Part shown: one piece after another, positions 21,501 through 36,500 of the stretch
Layout: every line of letters begins with the position of its first letter
Numbering within the stretch: position 1 is the stretch's first letter
Program-made: the position numbers and the translations under genes
The notes under the pieces: model-generated
The model's input: the letters and a program-made list of their open reading frames with translations, nothing else
What the model was told of the DNA's origin: nothing
Databases searched by the model: none
Source: Mobula birostris
Lineage: Eukaryota
DNA length: 64,000 nucleotides
NCBI RefSeq assembly: GCF_030028105.1
Contig: NC_092376.1
Location: forward strand, 170,839,613-170,903,612
Reading direction: 5' to 3'

Positions 21501-24500
21501 CCATTCAGATAAAGTGCCCTTCCACTCATTGTGCCTTTAAAATCTAGTAACCTTTGTCTCTTATGCACTTGACTTTTCTGCACTGCACCCTTACTTCTCT
21601 CTCTTTTTAATTTTTGTTTTTACTTTAACTTTATCCACACTTTTTTCTTTTACTTTAGCTATGCTTCTCCAATTTGTTGAACCCCGCCCCCCAAATATTT
21701 TGTTTAAAGCCCCAGTCACAATCCTAGTTATGCAATTTCCCAGGATCCAGGTCCCACCACGATTCAGATGGAGCCTGACCCAGTGGAACAGCTCCCTCCT
21801 GCCCCAATATTGGTGCCAATTTCCCATAAGTTCAAACCCACTTCTCCCACATCAATCCTTGAGCCACACATTTAACTCTCTGATCTACTTAACCCTATAC
21901 CAATTTTCATGTGGCTGAGGTAGTAATCCAGAGATTAGCACAATTTTTCTGCTATTTAATTTAGTCCCTAGCTGCTCAAATTCCCTCAGCAAAACCTCTT
22001 TCCTCATACTACCTATTCTATCCACATGGACCACAACAACTGGATCTTTCCCCTCCCACTGAAAATTCCTCTGCAGGTCAGATAAGATGTCCTGAACCTG
22101 GGCACCAGGCAGCAACACAGTGAGCACTCACTCCACTGTGTCCTTTCATTGCAGGGTGTGGTCATTGCCCTTACCCTGAGACACTGTGTAAATATACACT
22201 TAGAGTCCACTTTATTAGGTACACCAGTTCACCTGCAAAATACTACAAAAGCATGCAGACGTGGTCAAGAGGTTCATTTGTTGTTCAGACCAAACAGTAG
22301 AATGGAGAAGAAATGTGATCTAAGTAACTTTGTCTGCAGAATTATTATTGGTGTCAGATAGGGTGTTTTGAGTATTTCAGAAACTGCTGCTCTCCTGAGA
22401 TTTTCTCAGACAACTCTAGGGTTTATAGAGAATGGTGCAAAAAAAAACAACCAAAAAAAATTCAATTCGTGGTAGTTCTACGGTTGAAAATGCCTTGTTA
22501 ATGAAAGAGGTCAGAGGAGAATGGCCAGACTGGTTCAAGCTGAGAGTAAGGCACAGTAACTCAGAGAGATGAGTATTACAAGAGAAGTGTGCAGAAGAGC
22601 ATTTCTGAACACAAAGCACATTGGAACTTGAAGTGGATGGGCTGCAGCAGCAGAAGACCATGAGCATACACTCAGTGGCCTCTTTATTATTTACAGGAGT
22701 TACCGGATAAAGTGGCCGTTATGTGTAAAGTGGTGACACTGTGATTGATGGAGCCACCCATCAATCATTTCAATTCCCCTGTAGGAGTCAAAGTGAATAA
22801 AACCCATCCATGGATGTCAGCAAATAGTCTTCTAGTCTGTAATGAAACAAGGAACTGCAAATTAATTAAAAGTATAGATACAGGTATAACACAGTTCAGC
22901 TGTTAGCTGTGTTGAGACTCTCTCAGGTCATTTATTATCTCCAGTTCAAGAGTTCAACAACTCTTTGCTGGCTCTGTGTTTGGGGAAGATCTGAATCTCT
23001 GTTGGCACCTGGTGCATTCCAGCTCCACATCCACTTCCCTGTCTCAGCCATCCTAGAAGCGGGTATTTATCCCAGTGGAAACCTGGAACATCCATATCTC
23101 TGCATCTGTGATAACCTAATTCTTTGTTACCTGTCCCTGTCTTGCAGATTTACACAATAAGTACACTGTTTATCGGTCAGACATAGATCACAGTGAACTC
23201 AAGCTGATTTGTGAAACTTATTCTGAGCTTTATGAAACCAAATGGACTTGGAAGTCACATTTCCAGAATCAGGTGATGGAAATAACTACTGCCTACAGGT
23301 CTCAGCCTATCAATGTCAGCGGGAGGAGCTACTTCGAAAACCGACTGAGAACTACAGGGGAAAGTCTGAATGACGGGAATTTCAGATTGAGGATTGTTCC
23401 TGTGCAGTTTGAAGATGCCGGAGTATACACATGTTCTCTGGGATCACATCAATACGTGACCATTGAATTAATCACAGTTAGAGGTAGGAGACAGAATGCT
23501 TTCAAAGATAAGTCACTGGGAGGAAGTTTGCATTCGTGGGTTCAATGTTCCCAACCCAATACCAGATGCTGATGCAGCCATATGACTTAGCATTTTCACA
23601 ATGAAGATTCATAGAAACATAGAAAACCTACAGCACAATACAGGCCCTTCGGCCCACAAGGTTGTGTCAAACATGTCCTTACCTTAGAACTACCTAGGCT
23701 TACCCATAGCCATCTATTTTTCTAAGCTCCATGTATTCATCCAGGAGTCTCTTAGAAGACCCTATCATTTTCGCCTCCACCACTGCCGCTGGCAGCCCGT
23801 TCCACACACTCACCATTCTCTGCGTAAAAAAAACTTACCCCTGACATCTCCTCTGTACCTACTTCCAAGCACCTTCAAACTATGCCCTCTCGTGTTAGCC
23901 ATCTCAGCCCTGGAAAAAAGCCTCTGACTATCCACACGATCAATGCCTCTCATTATCTTGTACACCTCTATTAGGTCACCTCTCATCCTCTGTCGCTTCA
24001 AGGAGAAAAGGTCGAGTTCACTCAACCTATTCTCATAAGCAATGCTCCCCAATCCAGGCAACATCCTTGTAAATCTCCTCTGCACCCTTTCTATGGTTTC
24101 CACATCCTTCCTGTAGTGAGGCAACCAGAACTGAGCACAGTACTCCAAGTGGGGTCTGACAGGGTCCTATGTAGCTGCAACGTTACCTCTCGGCTCTTAA
24201 ACTCAATCCCATGATTGATGAAGACCAATGCACCATATGCCTTCTTAACCACAGAGTCTACCTGTGTAGCAGCTTTGAGTGTCCTATGGATACGGGCCCC
24301 AAGATCCCTCTGATCCTCCACACTGCCAAGAGTCTTGCTATTAATGCTATAACCTGCTATCATATTTGACCTACCAAAATGAATCACCTCACACTTATCT
24401 GGGTTGAACTCCATCTGCCACTTCTCAGCCCAGTTTTGCATCCTGTCAATGTCCCGCTGTAACTGCTGACAGTCCTCCACACTATCCACATCATTCATCT

Positions 24501-27500
24501 TAGTAGAGGGGGTGTGCTATGGCCAGGACCATTGTGTTCAGAGGCTGTACATTGTGTTCAAAACTGTTGTAAAAGACTATGGAAGCTCAATTTATGCAGT
24601 AGCATTTTACACATAGTGGCAATGATCACTTGGATTAGCTTTTCAGTCAGCAGAGAAATGCAACACATTTGAGTCAAAACTTTGGCCGTTGTTTAAAATC
24701 TCAGTGATTTGTTGTTTCCACAGTCACAGCTGAACCACCCGATGCAGTGACTGAGGGAGACACTGTTACCCTGAGCTGCTCTGTGTCTCAGGTCACTGCA
24801 TCAACCAGACTGGTTTGGATCAACAGAGACAGTGAAACTGTGGATGAGAAAATATTCATGCGATGGAAGAATGAAAGTGACTCTTTGCAGCTGATTATTC
24901 CAACAGACAATAAAGTCCAAAGAAAATGGACGTGTGTTTTGATTCATCAAAACAGACCCAAAATTTTTATTCCATATTATCTTCAGGTGAACAGTAAGTG
25001 ACTTAGCTTTGAATCTTTGAGATCTCTTTCCTTCACATTATAGATATTTCTGTTATATCTCAGGGCCTATCACATGTTTATAATGTTACTTCCATGTTAG
25101 GTAGACAAGGTTCTACATGGGATCACTGTTGGATGGTTGACTATTGAGCAAAGCTGTCCTGGTACAGAGAAAGCAATCATGAATTTCATCACCAATGTCT
25201 GTCCTTTCTGAGAGGTGACCTCTGAGATATGACAAGTGATCCAATATTCCCAGGGTATCACTGTGAACCTTTATTATTAGTGGACAGTTTTATACAGTGA
25301 AGTAGGTAATGGAGGATCTTTCTCTTATTGTTGGAGAGGACCATCCTTTCAAAAGATAACACCAAGGCAACCTCAGCAAAATCCTCCTCAAAGATTAGCT
25401 TTATTTGTGACAAATACGTCCAAATATGGGTCACTAGTGAACTCAAATGCAGGAATCCCAGAGACTTCAGTAATTCAAACAAAACAATTGAATTGAATTG
25501 ACTACTTCTTACATCCTTGACAAACATGAGGAATAAAAATCTTTAAGTTACATCTTCATCTAAATGTGCAATGTGCAATCATAGTAATTTATAATAAATA
25601 GAACAGTCAATGTACACTCAAATCATCGTGAGTTCATCAGTCTGATAGCCTGGTGGAGGCAACTGTCCCGGGGCCTGTTAGTCCTGGCCTTTATGCTGTG
25701 GTACCGCTTCCCAGATGGTAGCAGCTGGAATAGATTGTGGTTAGGTCCCCAGTGATCCGACGGGCCCTTTTTACATGCCTATCGTTGTAAATATCCTGAA
25801 TCATGGCAAGTTCACAGCCACAGATGCGCTGGGCTGTCCACACCACTCTCTGCAGTGTCCTGTGATTAAGAGAGGTACATTTCTCATACCAGACAGTGAT
25901 GCAGCCAGTCAGGATGCTCTCATTTGTGCCCCCATAGAAAGTTCTTAGGATTTGGGGGCCTGTACCAAACTTCCTCAACTGTCTGAGGTGAAAGAGGCGC
26001 TGTTGTACCTTTTTCACCACACAGCTGCTGTGCACAGACCACGTGAGGTCCACAGTGATGTGGACACTGAGGAACTTGAAGCTGTTTACCCTCTTAACAC
26101 CACATCCATTGATGTCAATAGGGGTTAGCCTGTCTCCATTCCCCCTGTAATCCACAACCAGCTCTTTGTTTTTGCGACATTGAGGGAGAGGTTGTTTTCT
26201 TGACACCACTGTGTTAGAGAGATTACTTCTTCCCTGTAGGCCACCTCGTTATTGTTTTATTACAGAAGATCTATGACAGAAATTAACAGGCAAAACTACC
26301 AAGAACAAGCAAACTATACAGCATCTTGAAGAACCGAAATATCTCAAAATACACAAAAGAACTTGGTCAGAGTTTCATCAGACCATGATCCTCAGCAACA
26401 TAGCAAAGAGGGAGTGGCATCTTGAATTCCTACCTGCCCCAACAAAATACACACTGGGGCAGGTGGAAATTCAGGATCAGACAGTCCTGGTTTCCAGATG
26501 AAGCAATAACCCCCGAAAGTAACAACTACAGTAAAAGACATTGAAAATCCCATGCTAATTACTCAACTACATGTGCTAAGATGTTCTTTAAAGACAGGAG
26601 ACTTGATGTCAGTCACAGTGATGGGTGTGTGCAGGGAATAGAAAAATATATTTTCATCAGGACTGCAATGGTTTAGTGAATTTCAGCTGCACGGACATCA
26701 GTAGACGGTAGTTAAATGCACAGCAGAGTTTTAGTGCTTGACAATCAGAAGTGTTTGATGCAGGAAGTCTAAAGGAAAGACCAAAATACTCGAAACACTA
26801 AGCAGGTCTGAGTGTATCTGTGGAAATACCCCTCCTTCGAATGTGATGGAGGTTTATTCAAAGCCCCTTCCTTGGAATCAGATAGAGGTTTATTCAAAGA
26901 CCTTTCCTTGGAACCTGACAGGGTTTTTTCCCCCCACAGCCCCTTCCTTGGAATCTGACGGGGGGTTTTCTAAAGACCATTCCTTGAAATCTGATGGAAG
27001 ATTTGAAACATAAATGAAACATTAATTTTCCCAGTTCTCTTTCCACAGAAGCTGCCTAACCTGCTGAGTGTATTTCACATTTACAGCTCCCGTTTAGAGG
27101 GGATAGAAGTTCTGGGGCAACAGCCACCCCACTGTGGCAATTCTTATTCCGGTAGAAACCCAGACTATGATGGACATTCCCCTGTTGAACAGTGGGAAGC
27201 CTCACCCATGAACTGAATCTTTATCAGTGGCACATTTCCACACACCTCCTGCCAGAAAGAGATGCCTGTGTCACACTGGGGGCGTTGGGAAAGGATCCAA
27301 ATGCAAGACACAGACACTGAAGTACAAGGAACAGGACTTGACTAGAGTCAGGACGTGACAGGATACAGACAAGGAGCAGGGACAAGAAGGCAGACTTGGG
27401 CTAGGACATGGACAAGACACGAAACCCGGACAAGGAACTATGAACTAGGAGCCTGGGCTTGGGATCCGAGCCAGGGACTGGATAAGGACCCAGAACCTGG

Positions 27501-30500
27501 GTCTTGCCTCAGGCTCGGCCCAGAACCAGGCAGGGCAGGATGTGGCTGGGGTCTTGAGGCTTGAGCTTGGAGACAGGCTGGGGTCTTGAGGCTTGAGCTG
27601 GGAGACAGGCTGATAACTCGGAGGCTGAAGCTTGGAGACAGACTAGGAAATGTACATCAACATAGAGCCGGGACTTATCCTTCGAAAAGCCAGGACTCAT
27701 CTTTAACACGACACTAACATGAGACTGGACAGTACGTAGACATAGAGCCAGGACTTATCCTTATACAAGCCGGGACTCAACTTTATCTCCACACCAAGGT
27801 GGGACAGGTCCATCCATCGGGTAACGGCAGAACAGCCGGCTTACCCAACAGAGGCAAAGACAAGACAAGACAGTACCCCCCGCAGGGCAATGGCATAACA
27901 GCCTGACTTACCCCACGGAGGCGAGGACAAGACAGGACAGATTCCCCCCAGAGGGCAACAGCAGAACAGCCTGACTTACCCCACGGAGGCAAGGACATGA
28001 AGAGACAAACACCAACAAATGACAGAGAGTTCCATCACTGCATCGGGGTTGCTCCAAGTAGCAGTTACAGCCAGCAACCTCGGCTGGCTATGGAAACAGC
28101 CGGATCCCTACCTAGCTTGGAGTGGCTGACAGCCACTCAGCTGGCCCAGGAAACAGCCAAATCCATACTGCAAAGACAGCTCCAGCTACAGACAGCAAGG
28201 CTCCATGAAGTGATGGTTTTCCAACGTGGCCTAAAGATGGCAAGTGGCCGCTCTAGTCTTCCACCAGCAGGTTAATCCCAGGAGATCTTGACAAGACAAA
28301 CCAGCAGCCCACACTCAACCCCAAGGCTACTTATATTCCAAGCCCCAATATGGGAATCAGGTGCCTATGATTAACTCAACCAAAGCAAGGGACAGCTGGA
28401 AGACCCAGACTCCTGAGTCCACGGACCGGACCGTGAACCGGAATACGGACTTCACGGACCGGACCATGACAGCCTGATTGATATCAGGACCTAAATCCCA
28501 CTCTGATTCATTTCTTGCCTCTCACTGATGGTTACCGAGGACAGGTGTAGTTCTTCAACATTCAGGTCAGTTAACCTTGATCAGAAATTAAACCCGGAAC
28601 CCGTGATCTAAATTAGTCAATGTTATTTCTCAGTCATTTAGACGGCTTTTGAATGATGTCAGCATAATAAATGAGAAATTTGTGCTTATTGTTTTGACAG
28701 AGGATTACAGTTTTAAACACACCACTGTTGTAATTACTGGTGGACCGGCCCTTCTCCTCATCATTATCCTGGTGATGGTGTTGTGTCTAAGAAAGCGCAA
28801 GGTTACAGGTAAGGTACCTGAAGAAATGGGGAACATGATTCCAAAAATAAACAGCGGTAATCTTATCCTTTCTACACAGAGAAATAATATTAAACTGGAG
28901 TTTGGGTTGAACCGAATGACCTTCAAAAATAAGGAAATAAGTCAGATGTATCGTCAAGCCTGAATCTGATGACTACAAATTGCTGCATTTTTTCACACGT
29001 GCAAAGATTTGTGCTCATGGGCAGCTGAAGTGCATTTTGCTGAATACATAGAACTATGACCAGCGACCAATCCAGATCTCAGTAGTTTGAGAGGAGGGGA
29101 TTTCACTTAGGTCCACTGCCCGAGTAAAAAATGGCAGCGGCGGATTGCAGCAGCAAAATTGAACTCCAACCAGTGATCAATCGTCATTTGCAATTGATTA
29201 GGAAGAGCAAATTAAAGGAAGGCAAGGGGATGTGCAGTGGCCATTTTCTGAGTGGACAGAGTCAGAGTGGTGATCTTGAGGCTTTTGATCTTAGAGGCTT
29301 CAACGAGGAAAGTCTTCAGTCAGACAAAGCAAAGAAAAGAAAAGCTCTAGGCTAAGCTTTTTATTTTCCTTTCCTTTTTTGTATTTGCTTGGATAGGACA
29401 ATAGAGATGCCAGGGAAGATGTTTGAATACTCCTCTTGTGGGATGTGGGAAGAAAGGGAGAATTCCAGTGTCCCTGATGACTACAACTATAAGAAGTGCA
29501 TCCAGGTGCAGGTTCTAGCAATCCACATTGTGGAGTTGGAGCTGGAACTGGATGAACACCAGATCATTCAGGAGGCTGAAGGGGTGATAGATAGGACATA
29601 TCGAAAGTTAGTTACACACAAGGTGCAGGACACAGGACAAGAATCAAAAGGTTGAGCATAATACAACTAGTGTCCTAGGTTGTGTATATTTATTTTTTAG
29701 ATGTATTAGAGGAAAGGCAGATGAGACAGGGCATGTATGAACACCTGAAATTATGATGTTGTATCCATTAGTGAGACTTGGTTGCAGGAGGGACAGGGCA
29801 GGCAGCTCAGTATTCTGAGTTTCTGCTGCTTTAGGCGTGACAGAGTGTGAGGGAATAAAGGAGGAAGGGTGGAATTACCAGTCAGGGAAAATGTTACAGC
29901 AGTGCTCCATCGGGACAGACTGGAGAACTTGATTAGCGAGGCATTAAGGGTGGATCTGAGAAATAAGAAAGGTATGACCACATTAATGGGACTATAATAC
30001 AGACCACTGAACAGTTCTAGAGATTTAGAGGAACACATTTGTAAAGAGATCGCAGACTGTTGCAAGACACATAAGGTAGGTGATTTTTACTTTCCACATA
30101 TTGAATGGGAATCCCATATTGTGAAAGGACTAGATGGGATAGAGTTTGTCAAATGTGCTCAGGACAATTTCCGTCATCAGTACATAGAAGTGCCAATGTG
30201 AGAGCATATGATACTGAATTTGCCATTAGGAAATGAGACAGAGCAGGTGACAGAGATTGTGCAGGGGACAACTGCATCCAGTGACCACAATGCCATCAGA
30301 TTCAAAGTAAATATGCAATGAGAATGGTCTGACCCACAGGTTGAGATTCTAATTTGTAGAAAGGCCAATTTTAATGGAATCAGAAATGATCTGCCATGTG
30401 TGGATTAGGACAGGCTGTTTTCTGGGAAAGGTGTAAATGAAATGTTGAGAGTACAAAGCTTGTGTGTGCCTGTCAGAATAAAAGGTAAAGATAACAAGTG

Positions 30501-33500
30501 TAGGGAACCTCTGTTTTCAAGAGTTATCAAGGCACTGGTTAAGAGAGAAAAACAGAGGCACATAGCATATATATGCAAATAGAAACAAAGGATGTGCTTA
30601 TGAAGAACACAAAATGAAAAGTAACACTTCAGAAAGAAATCAGAAAGGCTAAAAGAAAACATGAATTTTCTTCAGCAGACAAGGTGAAGGAGAATCTTGC
30701 ATGATTCCACAAGTATGTTAAGAACATAGGGATTTCAAGGGACAAAACTCTTCCTCTGGAAGATCAGAATGTTAATCCATGCATGGAGTCAAAACAGATG
30801 GAGGAGATCTTAAGTGCATACTTTGCATCTGTATTTACTCAGGAGGTGGATACAGAGTCTATAGAATTGAGGCAAAGTGGCATCAACTTCATGGACCCTG
30901 TAAAGATTACAAAGGAGGAGGAGAATTTTGCTGTGCTGAGGTGTATTAGGGTGGATAAATCCCCAGTGCCTGACAAGGTGTTCACTCAGATCCTACAGGA
31001 GGCAAGTGCAGAAATTGCTAGGGCCCCAGCAGAGATATTTAAAACACCCTTAGTGACAAGAGAGTTACCAGATGATTGGAGAATAACCACTGTTGTTCCA
31101 CTATTGAAAAAGGGCTCCAAACAGAAACGAGGAAATTATCCACCGGGAGTCTGTCAGCATTTGTGGGACAATTATTGGAAGGTATTCTAAGGGACCTGGT
31201 ATACAGTGTAAATATTTGGATAGAAATGGGTTGATTGAGGATAGTCAGCATGGCTTCGTACGTGATAGGTCATGCCTAACCGTTCTTATAGATGTAGCCT
31301 TGTCCGGGCTTGTATGCAGACTTTGCTCATTAGCCAGCTCTGCTAACAGCCATATGACTCAACGGTGAGAAGGCCACATTTCATAAACAATATACAGCTA
31401 TGCTTGGTATGACTTGGGAATCAATCAAACAGGAAAGTCATGATGTGCCAACTAAAGAAAGCTCAATTTGAGCAAACTCTGATGTAAATACTGCCTATAA
31501 AGAATTATCAGTTGGCAAGAAATAACAGATTGTACACAACATAAGGTTATAAAGATAGCATATTTACTAATTTCAGCTTTATCAAACAGTTATTAGCAAA
31601 AGAAAAACAAACAAAAAAAACCCATCACAGTTAAAATAGACTGAATGCTGCACGTGGTCTTGGAGCTCCTATCATCCAAAAGCGGGGAATAACCAATTCT
31701 TATGTTATTGAATTCTCATCAGCAATCACTGGCAAAGCTTCCCATCTTGGACTCCTTTGTTTCGTGAATCACTCCTTACAATCACGTCTTCCTGTCAGAT
31801 TGAATCCTACTGCAGTCTCTCCTGGTCTTCTCTTCCCCGCATCTCCCACCAAAAAGACCACAAAACCCACTAGTGCCCATCACCAACCTTTCTCTGCCCA
31901 GTTCTCTCTGAAACCTTCTCCCAATTCCATCATCCTAATTGTTTGACACAACATTTCAAAATTGAACATCATAGCCCCTTATATTTAGCCGAAGCCCAAA
32001 CATTCTACCAGCAGGGCTCACTGCTTTTACAGAAAGCTACTTTATGAAATACGACACAGCGTTACATTCTCCCCCAACCAAAATCAGTCATGTCCTCATG
32101 ACTTTGAACCTGATCAAACCATTATTAGTAATACTCTATTCAAATAATTTTTTTGATTTCAGGGTTCCCAACCCATTTATTATTTGCAGTAACATAACTC
32201 ACTATGGAGATAGCCATCACCTTCTGTTTCCCTGAATTTTGACAGGGCCATTCTCATCTTCTGGCTTCACCTGGAAAATGGGCACATTTAGCATCTGGCT
32301 TCCACTATGTAAGACATAGACTCACAGCGATCAAGTAACTTATGCTCCAAATTTCTTATTAAAACTCTGTGTCCAGGCATCAGTTTGAGAGAAGCTAATT
32401 TTTTGATCATATCTCCTTGTTTCCTTGATTTTACTTGGTAGCTTAAACTGTGGCCAGCTTATAAGCTTTTTCATGTCAAACACATACTAGAGATATCTCT
32501 TCTGAGGTAAGTCTTCACTGCTGGCCCCATCACAGAAATCTACAGGCAATCTCGCTTTGCACCTGACCATCAAATAGTATGGTGAGTGTCTAGCAGCTTC
32601 ATTCTGTGCACAATTGTAGCAGTGTACCACATGCACAATATGCTGACTTCACTTTTCTTTTTGCTGATATCTAAGGTTCCAAGCACTTCTAACAATGTCC
32701 AGTTGAACCTTTCAAGCTGATGATCACCCAGAAGGTGATCAGGTGTTGTCCTCGACTTCTCAACTCCAAGCAAGCTCAGTAACTCATGTACGAGCTGATT
32801 CTCAAAATCCTTTTCCCTGTTCACTGCGTATACTTCTTGGGAGGCCATGCTGAACAAAATACTTCTCTCATAACATGTTGTTAACTGTGGATGGTCCCTG
32901 ATCCTTAGTGGGAAAGGCTTGAGCATACCTGGTGTAGTGATCAGTGATGACAAAGACATTCACAGTGTTGATGGATTCAGGCTCTATGGAAGGGAAATTC
33001 ATACACACTAAATCAAGAGCATCTGCACTCTGAGCAGATAATGGAGCAACTCTCATGGCCAGCGTCTTCCTCCAAATATATGAGATGGATGACTTACAGT
33101 ACTCTTCAACATCAACCTTCATTCGGAGCCAGTAGAACTGATCTTGGACCAATGAGTAAGTCTTGTCAAACCCCAAGTAGCCTACATCATCATGAAGTGA
33201 GTTCAACACAATCCACCATTAATTCTTGCACAAAACCAACTGGGAACACCAAGGCATATCTAGCGGAGACACCACCCTGTATAAAATTTGGTACCTCTAC
33301 TCCCATTCTCACGTCAGTCGGGGTATAGTAGGGTGTTTCATCTTTTAAACTAGGGCTATATCTCCTATTGCAACAGATGACCAAATGACACCTAATCAAG
33401 GGTCATCTCGCTGGGTTGCTGCCAATTTCACAGGATTCAAAACAGGCAACTGCTTCATATCTAAACCGGTCAAGTTGCATTAGGTTTGTGGAATGGCACA

Positions 33501-36500
33501 ACATGAAGCTCCCAAATAATTCACAGCTCTCTCATGCCATAGCCGTGCCTCTGATTTCCCCACTGTGGAAAACTGGCACATTGCTTTCTCACCAGGGGCA
33601 GGAAAACTCTACTCTTGCCCATCCATTTTTAGCACCTCATGTGAACATTGGGACAATACATCCACATCAGTGTTCATTAGCAGAAAACACTGCCAACCAA
33701 CAATGCCCTGAGGCATCCAACTTTGCCGAGGTCAGGATATGTCAATGGATTGTTGTCAGACTTCACCTCAAATTTGGCACCATATTGATAGTCACTGAAC
33801 TTATCCACCACAGCCCACTTTGATGCCAGGAAACTTCAATTTGTGCATAGGGTAGTTTTGTTCGAAGGGTGACAGACTCCAGCTGATGATAGCAAGAAGT
33901 CCTAATTCTTTGTCCTGATCGTGATATAGAATACCACCTGAGCCCTCACAGTTGGCATCAGTATGCAGTATATATGGCAACTGGCAGTTTGCAAAGACCA
34001 ACACAGCTGCTTTAGTCAGCAACTCTTTCAGCAGCTGAAAGGCCTCTTCACACTTTGTATCCCATCTTTCCCCAAAAGGCTCTGATGGGCTAAAATAAGC
34101 TTTGCCTTCTTCTCATTTCATTTTCCTTCCTTTCTTTCCCAAGGGAGGTAATTACACATAAGCTGATTCAAAGGGTGGCTTACTTTGGAGTACTCCTTCA
34201 CAAATCCCTAGTAGTACCCACAGAATCCAAAGAATTAGTGTAGAGCACTCACATTCTTGGGCCTTGGCCATTTGGTCACTGCCTCAATCTTGGACGGATT
34301 GTTGGCTACTCCATCATCTGAGACTGTGTGTCCGACATACATGACTGACGTCTTACAGAACTGGCTCTTGTCCAGTGACAGTTTTAATCCATCAGCTTTC
34401 AAGCAGTCTAGCACCTTCAGCTTGTCTCATGCTCCTCCAGTGTATACCCGAACACTATGAGATCATCTAATTACACGTACCTCAAGAAATTCGTGTCCCC
34501 AACAGTCTTCTCCATGACACATCGGAAAGTAGCCAGTGCTCCTGAAAGAATCCAAGAGGACACATAAATGTCGTCTTCTCTTTGTCAGCTATACTGCTGG
34601 GTATCTATTAATACCCACTTCTTAGGTCCAACACACTGAACTATTTCACTCCACTCAGACAGGCCAAAGCATCCTTGATCCGTGGAATGGTATATTGGTC
34701 GGGAACTGTACTGGTCAGGTTCAGTGTCCAATAGCTACACACGTTCATACCTTCTTATTCTTATTCCTCATCGTTATGGGTGATGCATAGGCACTCCTTG
34801 ATTCAGTAGCAATTCCAGCTTCCTTCAGTTTTAACAGATGTTGCTGAACATCTTCCACCTCTGTTGGTGCTAACTGTGAAGACCTTTCTCTGAAAAGGGT
34901 GTCCTCTGTCACTTGGATGGTATGGTGAGTACTCTTGGAGCCACCCACATCAAACTCATCAGTAGAAAAGACACCTTTGAACTTCAATACCTTCTCTGTT
35001 AGTCTCGTTTTCCATCCCTCAGGGACCAGTGGGTCATTAAAGTTCAATGACTTTGCTGTTAACTTTCCTGATCCAGGAGGTTGTCTCTCTCCCGGGTTTC
35101 TCACTGGAAAACTAGACATTACAGTCACTGGGAAAAGATATGCCATCGGCATCCCATGTCTGCGGATGACCTCTCTCTCCAAGGTGTTTCTGACAATCAC
35201 TGTCATCCTGTTTATGTGTACAGCCGAAGGTTTCTGCAGTTCAGGTCTCACCAGCACTCCGGCAGGCAAGCGTGTATCTTCTTCATGATCCTCTGGAACA
35301 TCCACCAGGAAGTCTTCAGCATTAGGCATTCCAGGGAATTTGGGGTTTACTTTCTCTCTCGTTACTTTCCCAGGATGTACCATGATGGGTTGGGCTTGGT
35401 ATATCACACAGTTCCATGTTTATGCTCATCATCCTGTTTCGGAGGAACTTGCAGCTTCTCAAAAGCAGCTCTGAATACCGGGTGGTTGGACAAGGTTTTC
35501 AAAAAATTCTCTCCATTTCTCTCCTTGCATGCTCCCACAAGCCTTCTCACAATGGAAGTATTTGTTCTCACAATAATAGAACCTTCATTCAAGGTAGTCT
35601 TAGTTTGGGGAAAATTAGAAGTCGAACCTTTGAACCTATGTTTGATTTTGAGAAAAGATGGGGTTCATTTGCTCGTTATTAACATTTGAGTTAATTGATA
35701 GATTTCCTCCACGAACTAATTGTAAATTTTTGGTACATTTTTTTTCTTGCTGGTGGTTTGATGTTTATCTTTAGAAGCTTTTTATATGACGCATGGCTCC
35801 GGGGTTGAACACCTAATGGGTTTTTTTCTCACTTTTTCTTGCTTAGTAGGATTTTTTTTCTCTTTTTTTAAATCACCAACATTTTTTCAATCTTTAAAAT
35901 AATGTTTTTTTTCTTGAGACATTGTAAGTCTTGCTTACTTCAATGTACTCTTGTTAATTTTGGGTAATAATAATAATAAAAAGATTTGAAAAGAAAGGAA
36001 AGAAAGAAAGAAAAGAACCTTCATCTTTTTCAACCAGAGCTGGACAAACCAGTACTAATGTATCAGGAGCCTTGGCTACTCCATCATCTGCTTCCAAAAA
36101 CTCTAGTTTCGATGACAAGTAGCCATCAGTACCATATCCCGATTCTCATGGGCACAGAGTGGCGTCAATGGTAAATACGTCAAATACCAGTTGTAAAAGG
36201 ATCTGTAGAGTAGAGTAACCTGAGAACCCATGTCAAGTATGGCTCTAGCATAAATTCCCTCAATCCGTCTAAATACACAGGCTTTGTCCCACTAACCCTT
36301 CAGGAATGGCGGCTTGCACTTTAGTGTTTCCTTTCAGACATTGATTGAAATATATTGTCTCTGGGACACCTGGCTGTTCCCTTACTGGTTCTCTCCAAAG
36401 TTACTCAACTTCTTTTTCTTCCAAAGGTTTTCCCGTCCCACACACACCTACTTGAAATGTCCATTCTCCCTGCAGTTTTAACAGAAAATGCTTGTCACTT

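Larger units (their letters stand above)
10747..22140 (-). mobile_element. Near full-length CR1 LINE, split by nested insertions
   Basis: 3' tail acataagaacataagaaatagg at left, RT fragments (11131-12561), endonuclease region (13480-13878 continuing from 20854), and an ORF1 SGNH-esterase-like fragment LLPGAQVQDI...DPVVVVHV (21885-22127). Confidence 0.85.
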
